Assembly: GCA_963667255.1 (NCBI GenBank)
Contig: OY762940.1
Span: forward strand, 672,001-736,000
Length of the DNA stretch: 64,000 bases
Direction: 5' to 3'
Origin: Candidatus Cloacimonadota bacterium
GTDB lineage: Bacteria > Cloacimonadota > Cloacimonadia > G963667145
Below, piece by piece: positions 1-9,561 of this stretch. Position 1 is the first letter of the stretch; every line of letters begins with the position of its first letter. Under the pieces are notes generated by a model. That model saw only the letters and a list, made by a program, of their open reading frames with translations. It did no database searches and was not told the DNA's origin. The position numbers and the translations under genes were made by a program.

Positions 1-87
1 TGTCATTTGTCGGGCGATGACCACATCACTTTGGAGCAGAGAAAGTTGATGAGTTCCAGAGAAAAGATGATTTTGGAGATGTAGTTT

Positions 88-1299
88 TTGGAGTATATTT
101 ATTTTTTAATTTTTCTTTTTTTACTTTCCGGTTTTTTTTCGGGAGTGGAGTCCTCTTATTTTTCAGTTTCCAAGATAGAGCAACGAAGGCTTTGTCAGCT
201 TTCCGGTAGTGTCCGCAGGCTTTATGCACACTCGAATAGGCTTTTGATAGCTATTCTGATAGGCAATACCGTTGTTAATGTGATGATAGCTTCTGTAGCT
301 ACTGTTATCACTTTGGACTTGATTGAGAAGTTCGGCTGGATTACAGAGTGGACTATTTTGGCGGAAATACTAATCGTGTGGCTGTTGATTCTGATTTTTG
401 GAGAGGTTTTGCCCAAAATATTTTGCTATAAGCATTCTCAACTCGTCGTGCAGAAATCCGCAACCATTATGGAGATTTTGGTTTATCTTCTTTTCCCGAT
501 TATTATTTTCATTGAGTTTCTGGGCAAGATTTTTTCCCATAGCAAAAATGAGGACGCTGTTACCAAGAAAGAGATAAACGATTTGGTGGACTCGGGCAAG
601 TTGAGCCTTGATGTGAAGCACAAGAAGTTGATGAAAAACATCTTGAGATTTCCCGATACCAAGATTGCTCAAGTGATGGTGCCGAGAGTGGACATTGTTG
701 CGGTGGAGACAGGACACACTCCGCAAGAGGTTGTCAAGATTATCGTTGACAGTGGTTTTTCCAGGATTCCTGTTTTCAAGGGCGACATTGACAATATCTT
801 GGGGTTTATTTACGCTAAGGACATTATTTTGCAGGGAGTTAAGGATTTCGAGATTGGCAAACTAATGAGAGAAGCCGTTTTTGTTACGGAGAATATGTCG
901 ATTTCCAAGGTTCTGAATTTGTTCAAAAAGGGGAGAAGGCATATGGCTGTGGTGGTGAACGAATACGGTGGCACTTGCGGGATTGTGACGATGGAGGATG
1001 TGTTGGAAGAGCTTGTTGGGGAGATTTTGGACGAATCTGACACCGAAGAACCGATGGTGCAAAAGGTGGCGGGTGGTTACAAAATCAACGGGTTGTGCAA
1101 TCTCTACTTTTTGAATCAGGAGTTTGGATTGGAACTGCCTGCCGATGAGTATGATAATGTCTCGGAGTATGTTTATGATAAACTGGACAAGGTGCCGTCT
1201 TTCGGGGATTTTTTGGATGTGAGTGATACCAAGGTTTTGGAGATAGAAGGTCTGACGGATAATAGAATTAACTATTTGATTTTGAAGGAGAAAAAGTGA
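88..1299 (+). CDS. HlyC/CorC family membrane protein (DUF21/CNNM + CBS pair + CorC domain)
   Basis: SGFFSGVE, ILIGNTVVN, FGEVLPK, VMVPRVDI, SGFSRIPVF, NEYGGTCGIVTMEDVLEELVGEI motifs; TTG start. Confidence 0.9.
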   Translation: MEYIYFLIFLFLLSGFFSGVESSYFSVSKIEQRRLCQLSGSVRRLYAHSNRLLIAILIGNTVVNVMIASVATVITLDLIEKFGWITEWTILAEILIVWLLILIFGEVLPKIFCYKHSQLVVQKSATIMEILVYLLFPIIIFIEFLGKIFSHSKNEDAVTKKEINDLVDSGKLSLDVKHKKLMKNILRFPDTKIAQVMVPRVDIVAVETGHTPQEVVKIIVDSGFSRIPVFKGDIDNILGFIYAKDIILQGVKDFEIGKLMREAVFVTENMSISKVLNLFKKGRRHMAVVVNEYGGTCGIVTMEDVLEELVGEILDESDTEEPMVQKVAGGYKINGLCNLYFLNQEFGLELPADEYDNVSEYVYDKLDKVPSFGDFLDVSDTKVLEIEGLTDNRINYLILKEKK

Positions 1300-2714
1300 A
1301 AATATTTGATACGCTAAGCCGAGAAAAGAGAACATTTGTTCCGATTGAACAAAACAAGGTTAAGATTTATGTTTGCGGTCCTACGGTTTACAACTATTTT
1401 CACATAGGCAACGCCAGACCGTTTGTGTTCTTCGATGTTGTGAGACGGTATTTTTTGTATAAAGGGTTTGAAGTGACCTTTGTTCAAAATCTGACCGATA
1501 TTGACGACAAAATCATTGCTCAGGCTCAGAAAGAGGGTGTGGATATTTCCCAAATCACGGAGAAGTATATAAAGGCGTTTTTTGAGGATACTAAGGCGTT
1601 GAATATTATGCCTGCCGATGAGAACCCGAAAGCGACCGACTATATTGAAGAGATGATAGCGTTTTTGGAGAAGTTGGAGAAATTGGGCTATGCTTACGCT
1701 GTGGATGGCGATTTGTATTTTGAGGTTTCCAAGTTTGCGGAATATGGGAAGTTGTCGGGCAAAAAGTTGGAAGATTTGCGTGCAGGTGCCAGAGTAGAGG
1801 CAAATTCCAATAAGAGGAATCCTGCCGATTTTACTCTCTGGAAATCTGCAAAGCCCGATGAGCCGTCTTGGAAAAGTCCCTGGAGCGTTGGCAGACCAGG
1901 TTGGCATTCGGAGTGCGTGGTGATGAGCCGAGACTTATTGGGCGACAATTTTGATATTCACGGAGGCGGAGTCGATTTGACATTTCCCCATCACGAGAAC
2001 GAGCTGGCTCAAGCGGAAGCTGTAACTGGCAAGCAGTTTGTCAATTATTGGATGCACAATGGGTTTTTGAATATTGAGGGCGAGAAGATGTCGAAATCTT
2101 TGGATAATTTTTTCACTGCTCGCGACATTCTCAAGCAGTATGATGTGGACACGATAAGATTTTTCTTCCTCTCCAAGCATTATCGTTCGCCGATTGATTT
2201 CAATAGGAAAATTATGCAAGAGTCAAAAGTTGCCATTCATAACTTCGTTTCGGCACTAAGTTCGGTGGATTATCTCGCGAATAGGGCAAAAATTGAGAAG
2301 AGCGATTTGTTGCAGGAAGAGGTTGCTTCTTTTATCGAGGCGATGGACGACGATTTTAACACGGCAAAAGCTTTGGCTGTGTTGTTCGGGTTAGCCAGAA
2401 AAATCAAGAAAGAGTCCGATTCGGAGAAATTGCGTTTTCAAGCAGCATACACGCTTATTCATTTGGGCAGAGTTCTTGGCTTGTTCTCCAAATTGGAAGA
2501 GCAAATTCAGGGTTTGGACAAGACAGTTGATGAAATCGCTTTGGATGGCTTGGAGTCGCAGTTGATAGAACTTTTGCTCTCTTATAGAGACGATGCCAAA
2601 AAAGAGAAGAATTGGGCACTCGCCGACAAAATCCGCGATGACTTGCAAGAACTCGGTTTGAAGATAGTGGACACCAAAGACGGAGCGAGGGTAGAAAATT
2701 TTAAGAAAGATTGA
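1296..2714 (+). CDS. cysS: cysteine--tRNA ligase
   Basis: CGPTVY, HIGNAR, GRPGWHSEC, FPHHENE, KMSKS. Confidence 0.98.
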   Translation: MKIFDTLSREKRTFVPIEQNKVKIYVCGPTVYNYFHIGNARPFVFFDVVRRYFLYKGFEVTFVQNLTDIDDKIIAQAQKEGVDISQITEKYIKAFFEDTKALNIMPADENPKATDYIEEMIAFLEKLEKLGYAYAVDGDLYFEVSKFAEYGKLSGKKLEDLRAGARVEANSNKRNPADFTLWKSAKPDEPSWKSPWSVGRPGWHSECVVMSRDLLGDNFDIHGGGVDLTFPHHENELAQAEAVTGKQFVNYWMHNGFLNIEGEKMSKSLDNFFTARDILKQYDVDTIRFFFLSKHYRSPIDFNRKIMQESKVAIHNFVSALSSVDYLANRAKIEKSDLLQEEVASFIEAMDDDFNTAKALAVLFGLARKIKKESDSEKLRFQAAYTLIHLGRVLGLFSKLEEQIQGLDKTVDEIALDGLESQLIELLLSYRDDAKKEKNWALADKIRDDLQELGLKIVDTKDGARVENFKKD

Positions 2715-2722
2715 TAGTTCTT

Positions 2723-3724
2723 CTATTTATAAAAATTTTTAACATTTAAATCGTGGCGACTTTTCCCAGTAAGCACCTTTTTTACCCAAGCCAAAATAAA
2801 TCCACATCCGTAGCCGAGTAATTGAATAAAACTTGTGATGATACACAGCACAGCCAAAAAGGGATTTCTGTATCTTATGATAGCACTCAGCCAAAGCAGA
2901 AGAATGTAGAAAAGCGGAAGAGACAGCAAGCATGGGCAGAAGAAACTTCCTGCCAAAATCCCCCCAAATCCCAGAGTGAAAATTGCAGGAGCTAAATGCA
3001 CGAGTTTGGTTGTCTTCGGATGCAGAGTTCCCAAGTTAATCCTCGCTGAGCCGGAATTTAGCACTTGCTTCCAAAATTGCTTGATAGTCGCTCGTCTTTT
3101 GTGATAAACCCAAGCATTCGGAAAAAGGCGACTTTTTTTGCCGTTTTTTTGGAGTCTGAGGCTGAGGTCTATATCTTCGCCAAAACGGAGATTGGAAAAT
3201 CCTCCAACTTGCAAGAAAGCATCTTTTTTTATCCCCATATTGAAACTTCTTGGGAAGAAATTTTTAGCTTTTCCTCCTCTAATTCCTCCAGTGGTGAAAA
3301 AGCTGGTCATAGAAAAACTGATAGCTTTTTGCATCGCTGTAAATTCAGGATGTTCCTTGTCCGGACCGCCAAAGAAATCGACTTTCTTTATATCCAACTC
3401 TTTTTTGATTTCGCCAAGCCAATTTTGAGGAAGCAAGCAGTCAGAATCCGCAAAGAGCAGATACTCGCCATTAGCAACGGAAGCCCCATTGTTGCGAGCA
3501 GAAGAAGGACCTGCATTTTTTTGGCAGAGGATTTTCAGATTAAGCGAAGGATAAATATTTTTGGCTTTGTGCAAAAAATCGATTGTGGAGTCTTGTGAGC
3601 CGTCGTCCACAATAATCAGCTCAAATTTGTCTTTTGGATAGTTCAGTTTATCCGCAAACGAGAAGAACTCCTCAATTTCGTTTAGTCTATTGTATGTAGG
3701 CACGATTACACTAAAATCAATCAT
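2723..3724 (-). CDS. family 2 glycosyltransferase with C-terminal membrane helices
   Basis: SVIVPTYNR, IVDDGS, DSDC, GEDIDLS, QFWKQ. Confidence 0.9.
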   Translation of the reverse strand: MIDFSVIVPTYNRLNEIEEFFSFADKLNYPKDKFELIIVDDGSQDSTIDFLHKAKNIYPSLNLKILCQKNAGPSSARNNGASVANGEYLLFADSDCLLPQNWLGEIKKELDIKKVDFFGGPDKEHPEFTAMQKAISFSMTSFFTTGGIRGGKAKNFFPRSFNMGIKKDAFLQVGGFSNLRFGEDIDLSLRLQKNGKKSRLFPNAWVYHKRRATIKQFWKQVLNSGSARINLGTLHPKTTKLVHLAPAIFTLGFGGILAGSFFCPCLLSLPLFYILLLWLSAIIRYRNPFLAVLCIITSFIQLLGYGCGFILAWVKKVLTGKSRHDLNVKNFYK

Positions 3725-4694
3725 TTTTTATCCTGTAATTTTTAAAGGTTTTGGATTCTTCACTTTTGAGAGTTCCATTGTCCAAATAGTAAATCAAAAC
3801 TGCAAGATTTTTTTCGTTGGCGGATTTTATGGTTTTGTCAATCGGCATCATGAAGTAAGCTGTGGCAAGGGCGTCCGCATTGAGTATGCTGGTATCTATC
3901 ACGGTGATGCTGATACATTGTGTGCTGGGGTAACCGCTAATCGGGTCGATAATGTGGTGGTATCGCACGCCGTCTTGGATGAAAAATCGCTCGTAATCTC
4001 CCGAGGTAACTATCGCACCCTTGGTGATTTCCACAGTGTCAATCAGCACATCTTTTTGGCGAGGATGTGTGATACCGATTTTTTTTGGAGTTTCCCCAAA
4101 AATTAGGATGTCGCCACCGGCATTTATGTAACCGTCAGAGATGTTGTGTTTTTGCAGATAGTTGTAAACCTCTTGCACGATAAAACCTTTGGCTATTCCT
4201 CCCAAATGAATTTTCAAATTTTTCGGTTTGGAGATATAGGAGGAATTGTAGCAAATTTTTTCAAAACCGCAATTTTTTTTAGTTTTTGCAATTTTTTCGG
4301 GAGAAGGGACTTTTTTTTCTTCAAAATCCCAAATATTTATCAAAGCACCTATCGTTGGGTCAAATTTTTTTTCGGATAAAGCATAGATTTTTTTGCTATA
4401 ATTCAAAAGAAAATACAGTTCAGGGAAAATTTTTGCCTTTTCTTGAGAATTTATCATATTTAGAGAACTTTCAGCTTTTTGGAAACTCAATTTATTTTCA
4501 AGATTATTTATAATGGCGAAACAGGTGTCGATTATGGCATCCAAATTGCTTTGATGTCCTTTTAGACTAATTTCTACGAAAGTCCCAAGAGCAATTCTGG
4601 ACTTTGTCGCCTCATTCTCACTTAATTTTTGTCTCCAAAAGGAAATCGAAAAAAGAAGACAAAAAATTATTAAAAAAAAAATGTTTTTCTTCAT
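3717..4694 (-). CDS. apbE: FAD:protein FMN transferase (ApbE family)
   Basis: FDPTIG, HLGGIAKG, INAGGD, TSGDYER, HHIIDP, ADALATA. Confidence 0.93.
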   Translation of the reverse strand: MKKNIFFLIIFCLLFSISFWRQKLSENEATKSRIALGTFVEISLKGHQSNLDAIIDTCFAIINNLENKLSFQKAESSLNMINSQEKAKIFPELYFLLNYSKKIYALSEKKFDPTIGALINIWDFEEKKVPSPEKIAKTKKNCGFEKICYNSSYISKPKNLKIHLGGIAKGFIVQEVYNYLQKHNISDGYINAGGDILIFGETPKKIGITHPRQKDVLIDTVEITKGAIVTSGDYERFFIQDGVRYHHIIDPISGYPSTQCISITVIDTSILNADALATAYFMMPIDKTIKSANEKNLAVLIYYLDNGTLKSEESKTFKNYRIKND

Positions 4695-4969
4695 AATTTC
4701 TTTCTGAAAAAAATCTATTCTTAGTCAAGAATAAATTAAGGAAAATAAATCTTGTAACTTCTAAAAATACAATAAAATACAAAAAATCATAAAAAACTAA
4801 AAAAAATAAAATATGCATTTAATTTCTTATAAATGAATATAATAAGTCCTATATTGCCAAAAAAAAGCATTGAAAAACAAAAAAAAGATTTGACACATAA
4901 ACTATTTAGAATTCCGTTTGATGTGTGATAGTAAAAAAAGTATCAATTTTGATAAAATCAGGAATTAAA

Positions 4970-6955
4970 ATGCGGACGAAGAAATTATTTTTGTTCATAC
5001 TTACCTTTGCATTCAGTTTGTTGAGTGCACAGCTTCCTTTGGGTCAAAGCGAAAGCGAGCCTCTAAGCGTTGTTATGTATGCAGACAGAATATCAAGAAA
5101 CTATGAGGTGAGACTTTCTTCTGCTCTTTCTTCTTATTGTGAAAGAGGAACTTATGAGGTTGATGTTACTGTCAATCTGAAACCGAGACAAGGTGCATCT
5201 TCTTATCGTTCTTTTCAGAGTTCTTCGGATTTTGGTATGGATGATGGGATTATCATGCCCGGGACAGATGGGAGGTTCCTTAACGAATTTGTAGACAACC
5301 CTGAAGGAGTGCAGAGTGTTGTTGCTGCTCCAGTTCTTCCTGCTGTAACAACTAACACTTATTCTTCCAGCAATTTAACTGATTATGATGTTGAGAATGT
5401 TATTATAAATGTAATGCTTGATGCTTCTGCTTATTCTCCGGAGGATGTTTCCTTTATTGAGGAATTGGTAAGAATGAAATCGGGAGTAGATGCGTATCGT
5501 GGAGATGTGGTTAATGTTTCTTTGGTTAAGTTTACCAATCAAAAGCAGAAGATGATAGAAGAAGCACAAAAACTTGAGGAAGAAAAGAAGAAAAAAGAAG
5601 AGGAAGAAAAAAAGGCTGCTGAAGAAGAAGAAAGACGGAAAAGACAAGAGGAGTTAGATAAAGCTAACCAAGTTCAACCTGAACCTGAAAAGGAAGATAA
5701 TTTCCTTACTTACCTTATAGTTGGGTTAGTTGGGTTGCTATTATTGATTGGATTATTCCTTGCATTTTTCTTTATGTCCAAAAAACAGTCCGCCATGAAT
5801 GCCAACCTAGTGCAACCGAAAGTTAACTTCCCTCGATATGACGAGCAATTCGATAGCCTTATGCAAGAGGTTAGGGATCTTAGGAATGTCAATAGAACTT
5901 CTGATCCTGCGAGAATGGAAATTGCCGAGTACAAGAAACTCCGTTCTTTTGCTATTAATAAGTTCTTAGCGGAAGCAAAAAATGTGGGGATAGTATTGCA
6001 AGGTTGGGTAGATAGTGGTGGAGATGAAGGCGTTGATAAGGCTTCTAAATTGATTAAGGCGATAGATGAAAACCTGTTAGAGATTTTGGAAGAAAAAGTT
6101 TCTCACGAAGATTTCAAGTTGTTGTCCTGGAATGTTCGCAACATGGAAGAACTTGATACGAAAACTAAGCTGGAAGCGTTGCAAAATTTTAAAAATGCTT
6201 GGAGTTCTCTGACTGTTACTGAGGATAGTGAAGGTGATTCTGGAATGTTTGGTTTCTTGAATTCTATGTCTGTGGAGCAAATCAGACAAGCACTCAAGGG
6301 AGAAGCTGATGGTGTCCAAGCTCTTGTTATTACGCAAGTGTCAGCGGATAAGGCTTCGGAGATACTTGCTTCTTACACTTCTGAGCAACGCTCCTCTATT
6401 ATGGCAAATATGGGTAAACTTGGCAAGATACCTACTTCTGTTTACAAAGAGGTTTCCAGTCGTTTGGCAAAAGAGGCTCTCAATATGCGTGGTATGGAGT
6501 ATGTTTCTTCCGATGGAGCCGGCAAGATGTTGGAGATTTTGGAAACTCTTTCTATTGGAGAGCAAAAAGAGTTCATTGATGAGATTACTAAAGCTGATAT
6601 AAATGTTGCTGAGAAGGTGTTGAAGTTCTTTATCGCTTTTGATGATTTGGCTGATTTGGAAGAAAATATTTTGGTTAAGGCTATCCAAAAAATGGATAGA
6701 GATTTGTTGTCATCAGCTTTGGTTGGTGTCGATGAGATTAAAACTAACAATCTTCTTTCCAATATTCCCGAGCGGATGAGAGAAATCATCAAGTCTGAAC
6801 TTAGAATAAACGAAAATAAACTCAAACCTGACGATGTAGAAAAAGCTAGAATGAAAATGATGTCTATAGTCAAGAAAGAGATTAGAGATGCTGGTGGACG
6901 AAAGATTGGCGATAATGCACAAGCTGAAGAAAAAGGGATGAGCGATGAGTATTAG
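4970..6955 (+). CDS. FliF(RBM3)-FliG fusion-like rotor protein: signal peptide, FliF-like ring domain, charged linker, TM helix, FliG middle and C-terminal domains
   Basis: Start chosen at ATG 4970 (MRTKKLFLFILTFAFSLLSAQ). IEELVRMKSGVDAYRGDVVNVSLVKF matches the end of FliF RBM3. MFGFLNSM..QALVITQV..ASEIL is FliG-M-like; FFIAFDDL..NIPERMREIIKSEL..DVEKARMKMM is FliG-C-like. Confidence 0.8.
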   Translation: MRTKKLFLFILTFAFSLLSAQLPLGQSESEPLSVVMYADRISRNYEVRLSSALSSYCERGTYEVDVTVNLKPRQGASSYRSFQSSSDFGMDDGIIMPGTDGRFLNEFVDNPEGVQSVVAAPVLPAVTTNTYSSSNLTDYDVENVIINVMLDASAYSPEDVSFIEELVRMKSGVDAYRGDVVNVSLVKFTNQKQKMIEEAQKLEEEKKKKEEEEKKAAEEEERRKRQEELDKANQVQPEPEKEDNFLTYLIVGLVGLLLLIGLFLAFFFMSKKQSAMNANLVQPKVNFPRYDEQFDSLMQEVRDLRNVNRTSDPARMEIAEYKKLRSFAINKFLAEAKNVGIVLQGWVDSGGDEGVDKASKLIKAIDENLLEILEEKVSHEDFKLLSWNVRNMEELDTKTKLEALQNFKNAWSSLTVTEDSEGDSGMFGFLNSMSVEQIRQALKGEADGVQALVITQVSADKASEILASYTSEQRSSIMANMGKLGKIPTSVYKEVSSRLAKEALNMRGMEYVSSDGAGKMLEILETLSIGEQKEFIDEITKADINVAEKVLKFFIAFDDLADLEENILVKAIQKMDRDLLSSALVGVDEIKTNNLLSNIPERMREIIKSELRINENKLKPDDVEKARMKMMSIVKKEIRDAGGRKIGDNAQAEEKGMSDEY

Positions 6956-8090
6956 AAAGTTTATATTAGCTCTTTTTTTTGCGGTTTTTAGTTCTGCTCT
7001 TTTTGCTCAGTTTGAGTATAATGAGTTTTCTAATATGAGTGCTATTGGAACTACTCCCAGGAGTGACAGGTCGGAGGTTCGTAATATTTCTCGGATTATG
7101 ATGAGGGTAAAGGAGTCCGTGCTCAATTTTCCACTGGGCGTTAGAAGAGTGGCAGTTTATAGGATTAGAGCGGATAGAGATGCTATTTCTGTAGGAATGG
7201 TTAGATTTGTTAAATCAAAGTTAGAGCAAGTCCTTTTGGATAATGAATTGATAGAACTTGTAGTCGTCCCTGAATTTAACTTGGCGAGAGTTAAAATAAC
7301 TGACACATCTTTTAGCTATGTAAACTCTGCTAGATCGTTTGCAGAGCTTAGGTCTTTGGGCGAGAGATACGAGATAGATGCCTTTATCGAGGGTGAATGT
7401 ACTCGTAGTGCTTATGGGGACATTTTGCTTTCTTTGAAAATGGTTAGCAATAAGACTGGTGAGATTATTTGGTCTAAGGCGTTTATAGAAGGTCCTAACA
7501 ACGACCGTGACATTGAGATTCCGAAACAATATGCTATGAATTTTGATGTTGGTTTCTTTACTGTTAATCAGTATTATGGTGGTGTTTCTCTTTTTGGTAC
7601 AGACAATATGGGGGGCAAATCTACCAATACTGTGGTCATGACAGACTATCGTATCGGAGTAACTCGTAAGCAAATCTCCAATTTCAGCTTTGCTCCAGTG
7701 ATGATGACACTTTCTGGAGGATTGGCTATAGTTAATTGTCAGATAACGATGAACAACATAGATGGTTTTACCAAACTTGCTACTCCCTTCTTAGGTTATG
7801 GTTCAGGAGGAGTTTTAGCGAAGTATTTTAAAAAAGAAAGCAAAACTAAAACTTTGAAAGAGAATTACTGGTTTAAACCGTATATGAAAGGATATTTTTA
7901 TGTTCCGATTAACTATTCGGGAAGTTTTATGTCTTTGATGATAGGAGCTAATTCTGATGTTAGTGAGGATATAGAGGTTGGTGGTGGTCTTGGAGTCATG
8001 CCTTTTGGGAGAAAATTGACTAAAAATAGTACTAATTATATAGAGTTTGGAGTTATGAAATATGAGATTAACATTAGTTATAATTTCTAG
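6945..8090 (+). CDS. exported protein: N-terminal CsgG/FlgO/LpoB-like domain + probable C-terminal outer-membrane beta-barrel
   Basis: Signal peptide ending ALFA-Q; LGERYEIDAFIEG..LSLKMVSNKTGEIIWS pattern; alternating strands and terminal YEINISYNF beta-signal. Confidence 0.55.
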   Translation: MSIRKFILALFFAVFSSALFAQFEYNEFSNMSAIGTTPRSDRSEVRNISRIMMRVKESVLNFPLGVRRVAVYRIRADRDAISVGMVRFVKSKLEQVLLDNELIELVVVPEFNLARVKITDTSFSYVNSARSFAELRSLGERYEIDAFIEGECTRSAYGDILLSLKMVSNKTGEIIWSKAFIEGPNNDRDIEIPKQYAMNFDVGFFTVNQYYGGVSLFGTDNMGGKSTNTVVMTDYRIGVTRKQISNFSFAPVMMTLSGGLAIVNCQITMNNIDGFTKLATPFLGYGSGGVLAKYFKKESKTKTLKENYWFKPYMKGYFYVPINYSGSFMSLMIGANSDVSEDIEVGGGLGVMPFGRKLTKNSTNYIEFGVMKYEINISYNF

Positions 8091-8745
8091 TATTTTTCTA
8101 CTTTCCGGTTGTTCTTTGTGGAATAAATATTTTGCAAAAACGGGAGTCACCGAGACGAGTAAAATTTCGGAGAAAGCTGCTGTGAATGCGACTTCTGGTT
8201 TGGGTAGTGCCGATATTGATAGAGGTCTTGGTGGAATAGGAGAGACAAAGCAGGAGACGACTATAATACAGCAAAATCCTATTAGACCGGGGAAGAATGA
8301 AATTCTCATAAAATACAGAAATAAGTCTTCGGAAGTTATTTTGAGTCTTGACCCGAGGGATAATAATGTGCAAATTGATGTTTCCAAAGCTCAATCTGCC
8401 GGAGATATGTTTTCCGAGAGTTCTATTCCTTTGAACTCTTCAGGAGATATGTCAGGTCGGTCTTCTGGGGGAGCACAAGGCAGTCCAGATGGTTCTGGTG
8501 ATAATGAAAAAGATATGTTAGCTAGAGCTCAAAGCAGTTTTTATAATGGTGATTATCAAAAATCTTTGCAACAAGTGAATAGTTCTATAAATACTAAACC
8601 CAATGCAGAGGCTTATGCCTTGAAAGGCAGTATTTACTACATGCTTGGCAATTTAGCATTGGCAAGAAAAAATTGGACTAACTCTCTGCGATTGGACAGC
8701 AATATCCAAGGTGTGAGACAAATGCTGAACATTATAGGAAATTAA
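8062..8745 (+). CDS. lipoprotein with C-terminal TPR repeats
   Basis: Lipobox LLSGC; AQSSFYNGDYQKSL..AEAYALKGSIYYMLGNLALARKNWTNSLRLD TPR pattern; Gly/Ser-rich linker. Confidence 0.75.
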   Translation: MRLTLVIISSIFLLSGCSLWNKYFAKTGVTETSKISEKAAVNATSGLGSADIDRGLGGIGETKQETTIIQQNPIRPGKNEILIKYRNKSSEVILSLDPRDNNVQIDVSKAQSAGDMFSESSIPLNSSGDMSGRSSGGAQGSPDGSGDNEKDMLARAQSSFYNGDYQKSLQQVNSSINTKPNAEAYALKGSIYYMLGNLALARKNWTNSLRLDSNIQGVRQMLNIIGN

Positions 8746-8746
8746 G

Positions 8747-9553
8747 ATGGTTGGTTCTTTCAGTTCATTTTTGGCGTTTATTATCACATGGGTAATAGTA
8801 ATATTTTCTATTCTTGTAGCTACTTCCAATTGGCAGGTTTTTGTTAGCACTGCCAGCTTGCTGATTGTTATTGGTGGTACTATTGCCAGTGAGTTTATCG
8901 GGAGAGGGCTCAAAGAGACATTGGGAGCTCTTCTTTTTACTTTAAAATCTTTGTTCAAGCAGCCTATGGTAAGCAAGCATTTTGCTGCGGAAATTGATAG
9001 GATTAAAGGTTGGGCTGACAAAGTGCAGAGTGGAGGTAAGAAAGCTTATGATGAGATTTATTCTGAGGTTGCTGATCCATTCGAAAAATATGTTTTTTCT
9101 ATATTATCTACCGGTTATTCTGCAGATGAGTCGAGAGATTTTATCGCCAACGAAATCCAAAGAGAGTACCAAATTAGTGAGAGAAGGTCTCAGATTTTAA
9201 CTAATCTCGGTGGGAGTGCACCCGCTTTTGGTATGTTGGGAACTTTGTTGGGATTGGTAATTTTGCTCAGTCAACTTGATGACCCGTCCAAAATCGGTCC
9301 TGCTATGGCTGTTGCTCTCATTACTACTTTTTATGGATTGCTTTTGGCGAGATTGTTTTTTATTCCCGCTGCAAACAAATCTTATTCTACTGCTGAGGCG
9401 ATTTTGTTTAAGAAAAGAATGTTAATGGAAGGAGCATGTCTAATTATGCAGGATAAGTCCTCTTTCTACATTGAAGATTTTTTGCGTTCTTTTGTCGAGA
9501 AAGGGAAGTCAGATACTGTTGATGAAGATATAATTAGCGATAGTAATATTTAG
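8747..9553 (+). CDS. motA: flagellar-type stator subunit MotA/PomA
   Basis: SLLIVIGGT, DPF, APAFGMLGTLLGLV, IGPAMAVALITTFYG. Confidence 0.88.
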   Translation: MVGSFSSFLAFIITWVIVIFSILVATSNWQVFVSTASLLIVIGGTIASEFIGRGLKETLGALLFTLKSLFKQPMVSKHFAAEIDRIKGWADKVQSGGKKAYDEIYSEVADPFEKYVFSILSTGYSADESRDFIANEIQREYQISERRSQILTNLGGSAPAFGMLGTLLGLVILLSQLDDPSKIGPAMAVALITTFYGLLLARLFFIPAANKSYSTAEAILFKKRMLMEGACLIMQDKSSFYIEDFLRSFVEKGKSDTVDEDIISDSNI

Positions 9554-9561
9554 ATATTTTC

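Noticed and set aside
3717..4694. apbE as part of the motor system
   Set aside because: It is divergently transcribed and coupled to a GT2 gene; no flavinylation motif was recognised in the motor proteins.
4695..4969. Extremely AT-rich intergenic region as an origin or ncRNA
   Set aside because: No DnaA-box cluster or stable structure was recognised; it is best explained as a divergent promoter region.
5555..5660. GAA/AAA-rich low-complexity stretch
   Set aside because: It encodes the Lys/Glu helical linker of the rotor protein; it is not a tandem DNA repeat.
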